The notes under the pieces were generated by a model. It did not search any database, was not told the origin of the DNA, and saw only the letters and a program-made list of their open reading frames with translations. A stretch of 64,000 nucleotides of DNA from an uncultured delta proteobacterium (GTDB taxonomy: Bacteria > Desulfobacterota > Desulfobacteria > Desulfobacterales > JAFDCJ01): contig CAVYNY010000011.1 in assembly GCA_963769935.1 (NCBI GenBank), positions 480,001 to 544,000 on the forward strand, given 5' to 3'. Both the position numbers and the translations under genes were made by a program. Below, in pieces: positions 1 through 10,782 of the stretch (position 1 is its first letter; every line of letters starts with the position of its first letter).

Positions 1-2579
1 TGGCGACACTCTCCGGAAGCCGGGTGAATTCACCCTTTTCATCTCGGATAAGGATTTTACCGCCGGTCGGGCCGGTGGCATTACTGAGGCGCTCAAATTC
101 AAGGCTGGTGAAGACATTGGCATATTTTCCATAGCCATACTGCTTTATCGGGGAGGGATCGAAGGTGTCATAGCCGGTCGCCAGAATAATGCTGCCGACC
201 TTCACCTCAATTTCCTCGGGCTTCATGGTATGATCGATGGCTTTGGGCTCGCAAACCCTCACACATTCCATACATTCGCTGCAAATTCCGCAGTTTAAGC
301 ACCGCTGGCTTTCCTTTTGGGCTTCGGCTTCTGAGAAGTTCAAGTCAACTTCCTCGAAAGACCCAATTCTTTCCTGGATGTCCCGATGCTGAGACCTAAC
401 CCTCGCCTGCGGGGCAATATCTTCCGGGATCTCCTGCCAGCTCCGCCCCGGTGGCGCCTGTGCGGCTACCTCCTCAGCGTAACGCGATAGCTCTTCTTTA
501 TCGATGAAGCGTTGAATAGCTTCGACGGCTTTATGGCCGGCTGCGACAGCTTCTATAACCGATGCCGGACCGGTAACGGCATCTCCCGCAGCAAACACAT
601 GGGGGATGCTGGTCTGCATGGTATGGGGACTGACTTGAATTGTATCCCATTTGGTTAGCAGCAAATCCGGTTCTTTCTCCACCCACGATTTATCGATTTG
701 CTGGCCGATGGCCGGAATAACGACATCACAATCGATGACAAACTCTGAGCCCTTCACCGGCAGAGGCCGTCTTCGCCCGCTGTCATCCGCAGGGCCTAAC
801 TTGGTTTCGAGGCATTCAAATCCCGTAACTTTGCCTTTCTCGGCAAGTATTCGATTCGGGGCTGTGAGGAATAAAAAATCGATACCTTCCTCTTTTGCAC
901 CTGCTATTTCTTCGGCATAGGCCGGCATCTCTTTTTCCGACCGACGGTAGACCACCGCGACGGTTCGAGCCCCGAGACGTTTGACCACCCGTGCCGTATC
1001 TATTGCTACGTTACCCCCGCCGATAACCACCACTTTTTTCCCGGGTGACGTTTTTTTACCCAGATTAATCTCCCTTAAAAAACGTACGGCATCGATAGCG
1101 CCGGCGGTATCCTGTTCTCCGGGTATTCTCAAATTAATTGATTTATGAGCCCCAAGCCCAAGAAACACAGCCGAAAAGCCCTCTTCTTTCATATCATGAA
1201 GTGTAAAATCGGTTCCGAACCGAACCCTGGTGCGGGTTTCCACACCCAAGCGCAGAATATGATTGATTTCTTTGTCCAGTATGTTCGGCGGTAGGCGGTA
1301 ATCCGGAATACCCACCCGGAGCATGCCGCCCAATTCAGCGAGGGCCTCAAAAATCGTCACCTGAAAACCTTTCAGCCGCAGATAGTATGCCACTGTCAGA
1401 CCGGCGGGGCCGGAACCGACGACTGCAACCTTCTCCGGCCGATCTTTTATTTCCGGCTCCGGCAGGTCATCCAGGTTCACCTGGTCGGCTGCAAAGCGCT
1501 TCAGATTTCTGATGGCAATCGGCTTATCGACCTCTGCTCTGCGGCAATCGCTTTCACAAGGATGGGGGCAAACCCGCCCCAATACACCCGGCAGGGGGAG
1601 TCGCTCCATAATAAGTTGAATCGCCTCCTGATACTTACCCTGGCCAATGAGCTGTATATATCCCTGGACATTGATACCGGCCGGACAGGTGACAACGCAT
1701 GGCGCACGATCTTTTTTATCGATGCAAAATGTTATCGGAACAGCCTGGGGAAATGATCTATAAATCGCTTTTCTGGCTGCGAGTTTTTCATCCCATTGAC
1801 TCGGAACCGACACCGGGCAAACGTTGACACATTCCCCGCACCCGGTGCAGATCCCTTCTTTCACATAGCGGGGTTTGCGCTGGATTTGAACCGTAAAATT
1901 GCCGATGTATCCCGACACCCCTTTGACTTCGCTGTAAGACAACAATTGGATATTTGAATTCTGGGCGACTTCAACCATCTTGGGAGTGCCGATGCAGGCT
2001 GCACAGTCAAGCGTTGGGAACGTCTTGTCAAATTGCAGCATATGTCCGCCGATGGTGGTGCCCTTTTCCACCAGATAGACTTTATGATCCGAATTGCCGA
2101 TGTCTAAAGCCGCCTGCATTCCCGCAATACCACCTCCCACCACCAGGGTATCCGGGTGGACGGATACTTGCCGGGTTTGCAATTCATGATGGTGGCTAAC
2201 CCGGTTTATAGCAGCAGATGCCAGGGTTTTGGCTTTGCGTGTGGCATCATCTTCATCAGTCGTCACCCAGGAAACCTGTTCCCGGACCGAGGCCATCTGG
2301 AACATGTACGGATTCGAGTCCGGCTCGCTGGCAGGCTCCCTGAAAGGTCTTTTCGTGAAGCCGCGGCGAGCAGGATGCCACCACCACCCGGTTCAGAGCT
2401 AATTCCTTAATGTCTTTTTCAATCATTTCCTGGCCCGGATCCGAGCACATAAACTTATAATCCCGTGCCACGACCACATTGGGCAGCTGCCGGGCAAAGT
2501 CCGCCACCTCTTGCACCCGGACCTTATAGGCAATGTTGATTCCGCAGTGACAGATATAGAATCCTATTCGAATTGACAT
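1..2579 (-). CDS. hdrA: HdrL-type large heterodisulfide reductase subunit A (HdrA with an inserted GltD-like NAD(P)H/FAD module); 3' end outside window; one +1 frameshift near 2316
   Basis: Starts [17 protein letters not shown]...MCSDPGQ...[12 protein letters not shown]. After skipping one base it reads [16 protein letters not shown]...[13 protein letters not shown]...[18 protein letters not shown]...[12 protein letters not shown], then GltD-like [41 protein letters not shown], then [17 protein letters not shown] and the Hdr[11 protein letters not shown] segment, open to position 1. Confidence 0.9.
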
Positions 2580-2609
2580 CTGGTTACCTTCTCCATTCGC
2601 TGAAAAAAA

Positions 2610-3050
2610 TCACCCATCATCACCATCAAAAGGGCAGTCATCGGTTTTCGTCAATGTGCGGACCAACTCGATGAGTTCCTCGGCCTCCAGGGGTTTCTCC
2701 AAAAAGGCGCCCGGATACGGAAAGTCTTTATGCCGGGGGGTTCTCTGAAATTTCTGATAAAAAGAAAAAGTTTTTTTATCGATGGCTGACACCATAATCA
2801 CCGGAACATTCTTGAGGTCTTCATGCTCCTTGAGCTCTCGATACATTTGAATGCCGCTTTCCTTGGGCATTGTTACATCAAGGATGATCAGAGCCGGCTT
2901 CTCTCTGACGGCCATCTGCATCCCTTTGTCTTTATCGCCTGCATCGATGGGTTCGTAACCACAGTTACCCAGCAAATTGCACAGAAAAATCCGCAAATCC
3001 AATTCATCATCAACGATGAGTATTTTTTTTCTTTCAATTCCCGAGTACAA
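2610..3050 (-). CDS. Single-domain response regulator (receiver only)
   Basis: KILIVDDE, LIILDVTMP, VIMVSA and FLEKP receiver motifs; TTG start 5 nt after a GGAGG Shine-Dalgarno; 30 bp upstream of hdrA. Confidence 0.9.
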   Translation of the reverse strand: MYSGIERKKILIVDDELDLRIFLCNLLGNCGYEPIDAGDKDKGMQMAVREKPALIILDVTMPKESGIQMYRELKEHEDLKNVPVIMVSAIDKKTFSFYQKFQRTPRHKDFPYPGAFLEKPLEAEELIELVRTLTKTDDCPFDGDDG

Positions 3051-3128
3051 AGAGCCCTCCGATATGGAATGTTTGCCTTGATTCGAAAAAATTGGCTACT
3101 TTTCATAATCCTTTGATCCAGCTTAAAC

Positions 3129-3144
3129 AGCATAGACTGTGCCA
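3129..3144 (-). promoter_or_regulatory. Sigma54 (-24/-12) promoter for the receiver-hdrL operon
   Basis: Minus strand TGGCACAGTCTATGCT has GG-N10-GC spacing, about 80 bp upstream of the start codon, in an AT-rich gap next to a sigma54 activator gene. Confidence 0.8.
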
Positions 3145-3307
3145 TTCATTCAAATTAATCAGTATCTATCTGTAATTATAACAAATATTAAAAAAACCAC
3201 CGCAATCTCGAAGCCCTTATCAAGCTATAATCCATAACGTGTGCAACATATTTTCGCGGAATATGGTAAATTAATCTTTAAAATTTAGACTGTTAAAGAA
3301 CTATCAT

Positions 3308-3348
3308 ATGTTGCGCAACATTTATTAAAACATTATTGCAACGTTGCA
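3308..3348. promoter_or_regulatory. Candidate upstream activator sequences (two perfect palindromes)
   Basis: ATGTTGCGCAACAT (3308-3321) and TGCAACGTTGCA (3337-3348) share GTTGC/GCAAC half-sites and lie about 165-205 bp upstream of the sigma54 motif. Confidence 0.55.
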
Positions 3349-3609
3349 CCTCCATCACGAATCCATCCCATCTTGGCGCCGAAACGTTCGACCCAAAGTT
3401 GAAATAATTCTTTTTTTATGAATGATTTATGGGTTGCAGGATCATTTCGCTTTGAGCGCCAAACCGATTAATTCGGCAACACCATGAAGTGAAATTGGAA
3501 GGATTTTGAGTATTAATCAATTAGATTCAGGGGTTTATAATTCCGTAGCCAATAACAACACCTTCTGTCGTCATTGTTAACAAATAAAGCTGCATCGCCC
3601 AATTGCAAT

Positions 3610-5349
3610 TCATCTCAAAAGGCGGTATTTTTTCATCTTACGCCAAAGCGTGGTTCGATCCATTCCGAGGGCCCGGGCGGCTTTCCGGCGATGCCAGCTG
3701 AATTGTTCAAGCGCCGCAAGAAGCTCAGCGTGTTCTTTGTTCTCTGATGGAAAACCGGACTCGGCAGCATCCGCTGCTTTGCCTTTGCGAACGGCCGGCC
3801 GTACTCGAAGATATTCAGGTAAATGTGTATGCTGGATCGAATTCTCCTGGCAGATAATCAGCGCATGTTCGAGAATATTTTCGAGTTCTCTGACATTGCC
3901 CGGATAGTGATAGTTCAGCAAAATTTCCATCACTTTTTCAGAGACTTCCGGCAGCCGGCTGCCCCGGGCCGCGCTCAGCCGTCTCAAAATATGCCCGATG
4001 AGAATCGGAAGATCCACCCGGCGGTCTCTGAGCTCCGGCAGTTCAATGCGAAAGACGTTCAGGCGATAATACAGATCCTCTCTGAAAAGCCGTTTGGCAA
4101 CGAGGTTCTCCAAATTGCGATTCGAGGCGGAGACAATGCGGACGTTGACTTTCACCGTATGGCGACTTCCCAGGCGATAAAATTCCTTGTCCTCCAGGAC
4201 CCGCAGTAGCTTGGCCTGCAACGCAAGCGGCAGATCGCCGATTTCATCCAAAAAAATGGTGCCGCCATCTGCTTCCTGAAACCGGCCGGTTTTATCTCTT
4301 TCGGCGCCGGTAAACGCACCCTTCACGTAGCCAAACATTTCCGATTCCAGCAGATTATCCGGGATTGCCGCACAGTTGACTTTCACAAACGGCTTGTCGA
4401 TTCTGCGGCTGGCGGAATGGATCACTTTCGCCAACAGGTCTTTCCCCGTTCCGGTCGCCCCCTCAATCAAAATGGTGGCATCCGTGGCGGCCACCACATT
4501 GATCATCTCGAAAATTTTCAACATGGCCGGGCTTCGGCCGATCATATCGTGAAAGGTGTAGCGATCCCGCATGGCCTGCTTGAGTTGCTGCACCAAAGTG
4601 AGATCATGGAAGGTCGTCAACCCGCCGACGATCGTTCCTTTTTCATTGCGCAGCGACATGTAGTTGGCCCGGATGGGAATGGGCACGCCGTCCCGCGTCA
4701 TCATTTTGCCCTCGCGACTGCTGCGGGATTGGCCGTTGACGATGGTATCCTGCATTGAACAGACTTCCCGGGCTTCGGTGCCGCCAAAAATTACCGAACA
4801 CGGTTCGCCTAAAATTTCGCGCCGCTTAAAACCGGAAATCTTTTCGGCCGCCGTGTTGAAAAATGTGATGCGCCCCCCCTTATCGATCGTGAAAATCCCG
4901 ATATCCAAGTTATCCAGGATTATCTTTAAGCTGCGTTCTTCGTAATGAATTCGGTCGATGAGATCGGCAATGGGGGAATGATCCTGCAGGATCGTCATAC
5001 ATCCGACAATGTGGTGATCGGCTCCGAAAACGGAAGAGGCCATCCGTGTTACCAGATGGGTCGTTTGGTCTTCATCCGTAAGCTGGATGGCCGGCTCATC
5101 CGTACTCGCATGCCCGCGGCCTTTGAAGGGGCAATTTGCCAGGCAAGGAACGCCGACAAAGACTTCCCGGCAGTCCCTCCCGATGGTCTCGGCCTCTTTC
5201 AGGCCGACTAAGGCCTGGGCGCTGAAATTCATGGCCGACACTTGTCGATTCACATCAACCGTGAAGGCGCCGATATTTAATTCATCCAGGATGTGCAGCC
5301 ACTGTTCGCACGAAATATTGCGGCCGGGTTGTGCAATGTTAGCTTCCAT
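3610..5349 (-). CDS. Sigma54-dependent enhancer-binding protein, PAS-PAS-AAA+-Fis HTH
   Basis: Two PAS-like repeats, GATGTGKD Walker A, ESEMFGYVKGAFTGA, FLDEIGD, YPGNVRELEN, C-terminal AARALGMDRTTLWRKMKKY. Confidence 0.95.
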   Translation of the reverse strand: MEANIAQPGRNISCEQWLHILDELNIGAFTVDVNRQVSAMNFSAQALVGLKEAETIGRDCREVFVGVPCLANCPFKGRGHASTDEPAIQLTDEDQTTHLVTRMASSVFGADHHIVGCMTILQDHSPIADLIDRIHYEERSLKIILDNLDIGIFTIDKGGRITFFNTAAEKISGFKRREILGEPCSVIFGGTEAREVCSMQDTIVNGQSRSSREGKMMTRDGVPIPIRANYMSLRNEKGTIVGGLTTFHDLTLVQQLKQAMRDRYTFHDMIGRSPAMLKIFEMINVVAATDATILIEGATGTGKDLLAKVIHSASRRIDKPFVKVNCAAIPDNLLESEMFGYVKGAFTGAERDKTGRFQEADGGTIFLDEIGDLPLALQAKLLRVLEDKEFYRLGSRHTVKVNVRIVSASNRNLENLVAKRLFREDLYYRLNVFRIELPELRDRRVDLPILIGHILRRLSAARGSRLPEVSEKVMEILLNYHYPGNVRELENILEHALIICQENSIQHTHLPEYLRVRPAVRKGKAADAAESGFPSENKEHAELLAALEQFSWHRRKAARALGMDRTTLWRKMKKYRLLR

Positions 5350-5429
5350 GATTTAGGATCGCAACCAGGATCGATAAAACGGTAATAATAAAGATTTCTC
5401 AATTTTTCAAATGCTTCGGCTCGGACCTA

Positions 5430-5530
5430 TTGGAGTGATGGAGTAATGGAGTATTGGAGTGTTGCATAAAAAGAGGTTAATCCTCTGTCCAGTACTCCAA
5501 CACTCCATCACTCCGGTACTCCATCACTCT
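5430..5530. repeat. Palindromic element with octamer (GGAGTRWT-like) tandem arms
   Basis: TGGAGTGA-TGGAGTAA-TGGAGTAT-TGGAGTGT on the left, complementary ACTCCA units on the right, central hairpin AGAGG-ttaat-CCTCT; related copy at 21396-21489. Confidence 0.85.
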
Positions 5531-5586
5531 GATTCCAGGAAATCAAATAAAGTTGGGCGCTTATATCCAACCAGCTACGGGTCGTA

Positions 5587-7140
5587 TTAAGCTGCCAACC
5601 CCGGCAGCTCAATCATAAAGGCCGCCCCCTTGCCGGGTTCGCTTTCGACCGTAATGCGGCCCTTGTGCCGCTCTATGATGCCGTAAACAGTGGAAAGACC
5701 GAGACCCACCCCGTAGCCTTCATTTTTGGTGGTGAAAAACGGCTCGAAGATGCGCGGAAGATCCTGCGGGGAAATTCCGCCACCCGCGTCTTTCACCCTG
5801 ACAATCACCGCACCGCGGTCTTTATCATAGCGGCTGTCTAGTGTGAGCGTTCCGCCGTCCGGCATGGCATCGATCGCGTTAAAGATCAGGTTGATGATGC
5901 ATTGCTGAAGCTGATTGAAATCTCCCACTATCGGCGGTAAATTCGGCGGGAGGCTGGATTCAAGGCGGATATTGCTCAACTCCAATTTATGCCGGCTCAA
6001 AAGGATACAGCGTTCAAGAAGCTCTTCGATTCGGACCCGGCCGAAAGCGGGAGGGGAAACCCGCGAAAAGCCGAGCAGGCTGGAGACGATCTGCGTGCAT
6101 CGATTGGTTTCGTTTTCCACCAGATCCAAATACCGTTGGAACTTTTCCCTGCGATCTTCGGCCAGCGGACCTTTTCGTAAGATTCGATTCATCAGCCGCA
6201 GATAATTTAAAATACCGGACAGCGGATTGTTGATTTCATGGATTACGCTGGCGGCCAGGCGGCCCAGCGACATCATCTTGTCCTGGTGCAGGATAGTCGA
6301 CTGATCGGAAATTTCGCGCTCCAGCTTGCGAATTTCGCGCAGATCCCTAGAAAAGCAAACCAGACCGTTGGTACGACCCTGATCAACCAGCAGCACCGCT
6401 GAAACCTGAACCGGTATTTCATGTCCGGATTTCCCCCGCAGACGCGTTTCATAAAGAACCAAGCGGTCTTCGCCGCCGTACATTTCATGGGACAATTCTT
6501 TTTGGAAGCGCTCATATTCACCGGGTGCAAAAAATTGCTCTAGGGTCATGGCATGCAGCGCCTCTGCTTTGGCATAACCGAGCATCTTTTCCATGCTCCG
6601 GTTGAAGGTTACAATGCTGCGGTTTTCATCGCAGGCCAGAATGCCATCCATCGAGCTTTCGATAAGGTTGCGTTGAAAGGCAATGTTACTGATAAGCTGC
6701 TGGCTGGTTTCAGCCTTCTCCTTTTCCAGCAGCGCGGTGTAGTCCTGAAGTTGTTTTCTGGAGGTAAATCGATCTTGGGCCCGCTTGAGGGCAAGATGGA
6801 GGGCCTCGTCACTGATCGGTTTGGTAATAAAGTCGGAGGCATCGAGCTGCAGGGCCCGGATGGCAAGGTCCATTTCGCCAAAGGCGGTGGCGACGACCAC
6901 CTCAATATCCGGGTCAATCTGTTTGACGGCGGCCAATACCTGAAGTCCGTCCAGGCCCGGCATGCGGATATCGGTAATTACAATTTGCGGTGCAAATTCC
7001 CGGCAGAGTTGAATCCCCGCGCCGCCGTCGGGTGCAGTCTTTACCTTGAAGCCGGCATCCTGCAAAGACACCGACAGTACCTCCCGGATATCCTCTTCAT
7101 CATCGATTAAGACAATTTTCCATGCGGAAAACGCTGCCAT
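5587..7140 (-). CDS. Hybrid sensor histidine kinase, REC-PAS-HisKA-HATPase
   Basis: IVLIDDEE, ITDIRMPG and FITKP receiver motifs; PAS segment; HEINNPL H-box; NLIFNAIDAM, DAGGGI, FEPFFTTK, GVGLGL. Start taken at MAAFSAW; the ORF is open to 7173. Confidence 0.93.
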   Translation of the reverse strand: MAAFSAWKIVLIDDEEDIREVLSVSLQDAGFKVKTAPDGGAGIQLCREFAPQIVITDIRMPGLDGLQVLAAVKQIDPDIEVVVATAFGEMDLAIRALQLDASDFITKPISDEALHLALKRAQDRFTSRKQLQDYTALLEKEKAETSQQLISNIAFQRNLIESSMDGILACDENRSIVTFNRSMEKMLGYAKAEALHAMTLEQFFAPGEYERFQKELSHEMYGGEDRLVLYETRLRGKSGHEIPVQVSAVLLVDQGRTNGLVCFSRDLREIRKLEREISDQSTILHQDKMMSLGRLAASVIHEINNPLSGILNYLRLMNRILRKGPLAEDRREKFQRYLDLVENETNRCTQIVSSLLGFSRVSPPAFGRVRIEELLERCILLSRHKLELSNIRLESSLPPNLPPIVGDFNQLQQCIINLIFNAIDAMPDGGTLTLDSRYDKDRGAVIVRVKDAGGGISPQDLPRIFEPFFTTKNEGYGVGLGLSTVYGIIERHKGRITVESEPGKGAAFMIELPGLAA

Positions 7141-7377
7141 AATTCGACCCAATTTGGTAATCCCGGCAATCAAGTTTAGAATCCCGACCCGTCTTCCGGC
7201 CTATCGGGAAGACCAGGTTTTCAAATTTGCAAACACCTTGGACTCTTTATACTAAGAATCGGCAATCCGCGCAAATGATTTATATTTGCATTTTTTTGAT
7301 TTCTGTTGTACGAGATATAGAACATCTCACGGCCGCAATCCAAGCTGCCAAATAAGATCAGATGGAAAGACAAGCCC

Positions 7378-8851
7378 ATGAAAGTTTTACTACTGTACCC
7401 CTCCTTTCCCGACACATTCTGGAGCTTCCGCCACTCCCTCAAATTTATCCACAAAAAATCCGCGTTTCCGCCGCTGGGACTGCTGACGGTCGGTGCGATG
7501 CTCCCGCCGGAATGGTCCAAACGACTGGTTGATTTAAACGTAACCAAACTCACCGACGAGGATCTGGCCTGGGCGGATTGCGCGTTTATCGGCGCCATGG
7601 TTGTCCAGCGAAAATCGGCGCAGCAAACCATCGCCCGCTGCAAGCAGGCCGGGCTCAGGGTAGTGGCGGGCGGTCCGCTTTTCACCAGCGAATACGAGCG
7701 GTTCGATGAAGTCGATCATTTTGTGCTCAACGAAGCCGAGCTGACCCTGCCCGGATTTGTGCAGGACTTTAATCGCGGCTGCGCCAAGCGCATCTATACG
7801 ACCCGCGAATTTGCCGATATCCAGAAAACCCCCATCCCCTATGTGGGAACTGATCAATCTGAAGCGGCTACGCGTCGATGAGCATTCAGTTTTCCCGCGG
7901 CTGCCCGTTTAACTGCGATTTTTGCAACGTCACGGCGCTTTTCGGACACCGGCCGCGCATTAAGACCTCCGACCAGATTATTGCCGAACTGGACAGTTTG
8001 TATCATGCTCGGATGGCGCGGGCAGGTTTTTTTTGTCGACGACAATTTTATCGGCAACAAAAAATATCTCATGACCGAACTGCTGCCGTCGTTGATCGAA
8101 TGGCAGAAGGGCAAAAAAGGCTTCTTGTTCAATACGGAGGCTTCCATCAACCTGGCCGACAACGAGGATCTGATGCGCATGATGGTGGAAGCCGGATTTG
8201 ATACCGTCTTTGTCGGCATCGAAACACCCGATGAAGATAGTCTGGCGGAGTGCAACAAAAAACAAAATAAAGGCCGCGACCTGATCGAAAGCGTCAAAAG
8301 CATCCAACGCACCGGGCTGCAGGTGCAGGGAGGATTCATCGTCGGCTTCGACTCCGACGGCCCGTCAATATTTCAAAGACAAATCGACTTTATTCAAAAC
8401 AGCGGCATCGTCACCGCCATGGTGGGACTGCTGCAGGCACCGCCCGGCACCAAACTCTATGAACGCTTGAAAAAAGAAGGGCGGCTCAGCGGCCTGCTCT
8501 CCGGCGACAATGTCGACGGTACCACCAACATCATACCGAAGATGGACATGCGCCAGTTATTGAACGGGTATGAAAAGATTTTAAACAGCATCTACCGCCC
8601 CCGGCCCTATTATAAGCGGATCAAGACCTTTTTGCGGGAATATAAGGCGCCCAAGAATTTCCATTAAACTGGACTTCCAGCGTTTTCTGGCCTTTTTCCG
8701 CACCTCGATCAGGATCGGAATTTTCGGCAGGGAACGCTTCCAGTATTGGAACCTGCTGGCATGGACCCTTTGCCGCTGTCCGAAACTTTTGCCGTTGGCA
8801 ATCACCCTGGCAATCCACGGCCACCATTTCCGCAAAGTGTGCAAACTATAA
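7378..8851 (+). CDS. Cobalamin-binding radical SAM protein (DUF4070/HpnP-like family), split by four +1 frameshifts
   Basis: [11 protein letters not shown] and [10 protein letters not shown]12-binding start, [11 protein letters not shown]xxxCxxC motif, [27 protein letters not shown], and C-terminal [15 protein letters not shown]. Frames join when one base is removed at about 7840, 7869, 8010 and 8656. Confidence 0.85.
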
Positions 8852-8946
8852 TTAATCCGCCCGGCAAACCGTCATATGCAGATTTAAACCTGGGTCCTAA
8901 GAAACAGAATAAACTTATTTGATCGAAGCGCAGGCGGATTAATTAT
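8848..8946. mobile_element. MITE-like element, 99 bp, perfect 14-bp terminal inverted repeats
   Basis: ATAATTAATCCGCC (8848-8861) and GGCGGATTAATTAT (8933-8946); the left TIR contains the TAA stop of the radical SAM gene. Confidence 0.7.
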
Positions 8947-8947
8947 C

Positions 8948-10735
8948 TTAGTAGCTAAGGATATCTTCTTTAATGATCGCAAAATTGACGTCATCGGGGT
9001 GGTTGTTGTAAAGCGTTATGTGCTTTTGGATGACACCCAATTGATTTTCCAAGCCTAATTTGAAATTTCCCGCCAGGCCCGGACTTTTAAAAATATGATC
9101 AAACTCGCGCGCAATGGTATCTTGAGGAAAATCATGACTTTTCGCAATACTGTCCAGGTAAGCGTGCACAAAATAATCAACGGTCGCGTTGCAGGAGCGG
9201 ATTTGTTCCGCCTGCTCGGCTAAATTCACTTTTAACGAGTCCATCTCCGTTTCCGGCAGGGGCTGTGTTTTCAGCAACTTGAGCTCATCAAACTCTTTTT
9301 GCAGCTGTTGACATCGCGTGTAAAATTTATGGATCGACTCTACCGCGAACAGCGCTTTCCAGATGACGGCCTCAAAGGTTTCCGCTTTCTGTTCAGCAAT
9401 CTGAGTATTTTCTTTTTGCAGATGCTCTTTAATTAAAAATAGATTCTTCTGCTCGACGTCATCCTTGGCCGAAAGGATCAACCGCTCGATTTCGCTCAGC
9501 AGGTCCCGGCCGGGATCTATTGCCAGAGGGGAATTCGCCTGACTGGCCGGTCCGGCAATTTCGGCCCACTGCTGCTTGAGCGCCTCGTTTCTCCCATGCG
9601 GATTGACGATGCCCGATAGTACGACCCGGAAGCCCAAATCCGTGCTGCGAAACGCGCCGTCTTTGAGAAAATAAGGCATTTCTTCGCGACGTCCCGGCAT
9701 GATTTCGGAAAGATCCTTGCGGTAACTGCCGCCTTTAACGACGAAACCGCCCGCAGCACCCTGCAAGTGGAAGTCGATGGAGAAGCGAAAGGGGTCCAGC
9801 AGCATCTCGGCGGCATTGCCGGCAGTGTCGAATAGTCCCAACGGATTGGCGCACCGGCTTCCGATCCAGGCCAGCTTTTCCGTTGGTTTGGCTGCATCCG
9901 CGCCGGTGTATACGGCATAATCGGAATAGGTGCGATTTTTCAAAGGAAAAAAATCTTCCTGATTTATTTCGGATTCGGTTACCTGATGCCCACCCCGGGC
10001 AGCATATTCCCATTCCGTTTCGGTAGGCAACCGGATATAGCCGGTGCGCCCGGCACCGAGGCTGGGCAGCGCATCCGGCCTGTTTTTGAGCAGCCACTCG
10101 GTGTAGCGTCGGGTGAACTCAACGGCCTCGAACCATGAAATGTCCGTTATCGGCCGGGGGTCGTCGGATGTAAACCGCACGTCCCATCCCGGGCATTCGG
10201 TATTCATGATGGCCTTCCACTGAAATGTCGCGACCTCATATTTACCGATAAAGTAATAATATGCCCCGGAACTTTGTTCATCCGGACCGGGACAACGGCC
10301 GTCGCCTTGACGGGCGAGACCACGCAATTTGACCTGCCAGGGTTCGGGTAAATCCTCTAAAGTAAATGCGCCGGCGATGGTTTCCAGGTGTTTGCCTTCC
10401 ATGAAACCCTGATCCGGCCGTCCGCAATTTACACAACCAAGACTGAGCTGCTCATCACTCAAATAGTTTCTGGCGGGAACACATACATGCCGCAGAATCA
10501 TTTTCCCGCCGCAGGGCATGGGCAGTTCAAAATCGCTGTCGGAAGGCGTCGGATTCACCATGTCTCTTATAATGGGCGTCAGGGAAAGACGCTTGGTCTC
10601 CGGCGCCGGACATTCCTGGGCCAATGCAGTTGGGGCTGACCCCAGCGGCGCCAAACCGGCGATCAGCACCGCTGCCAGAAATAACAACTGCTTGAGCACC
10701 CTGGTTCCGGGCAGGCGCGGCAGTTCAGCCGGCAT
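8948..10735 (-). CDS. tagR: TagR-like FGE-sulfatase (SUMF1) domain exported protein with C-terminal coiled region
   Basis: Signal-like LLFLAAVLIAGLAP; NPTPSDSDFELPMPCGG; YFIGKYEV; RLPTETEWEYAARGG; NPLGLFDTAGNAAEM; DLGFRVVL. Matches my recollection of Pseudomonas TagR. True start may be the ATG at 10790 if one extra base is an error. Confidence 0.8.
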   Translation of the reverse strand: MPAELPRLPGTRVLKQLLFLAAVLIAGLAPLGSAPTALAQECPAPETKRLSLTPIIRDMVNPTPSDSDFELPMPCGGKMILRHVCVPARNYLSDEQLSLGCVNCGRPDQGFMEGKHLETIAGAFTLEDLPEPWQVKLRGLARQGDGRCPGPDEQSSGAYYYFIGKYEVATFQWKAIMNTECPGWDVRFTSDDPRPITDISWFEAVEFTRRYTEWLLKNRPDALPSLGAGRTGYIRLPTETEWEYAARGGHQVTESEINQEDFFPLKNRTYSDYAVYTGADAAKPTEKLAWIGSRCANPLGLFDTAGNAAEMLLDPFRFSIDFHLQGAAGGFVVKGGSYRKDLSEIMPGRREEMPYFLKDGAFRSTDLGFRVVLSGIVNPHGRNEALKQQWAEIAGPASQANSPLAIDPGRDLLSEIERLILSAKDDVEQKNLFLIKEHLQKENTQIAEQKAETFEAVIWKALFAVESIHKFYTRCQQLQKEFDELKLLKTQPLPETEMDSLKVNLAEQAEQIRSCNATVDYFVHAYLDSIAKSHDFPQDTIAREFDHIFKSPGLAGNFKLGLENQLGVIQKHITLYNNHPDDVNFAIIKEDILSY

Positions 10736-10782
10736 GAAAATCTTGAAGGTCGAATCGCTGCGAAACTTGAATTTTACTGGGC

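Noticed and set aside
1990..2010. Selenocysteine in HdrA at the LDCxxC/U site
   Set aside because: The codon is TGC (LDCAACIG); no in-frame TGA was seen.
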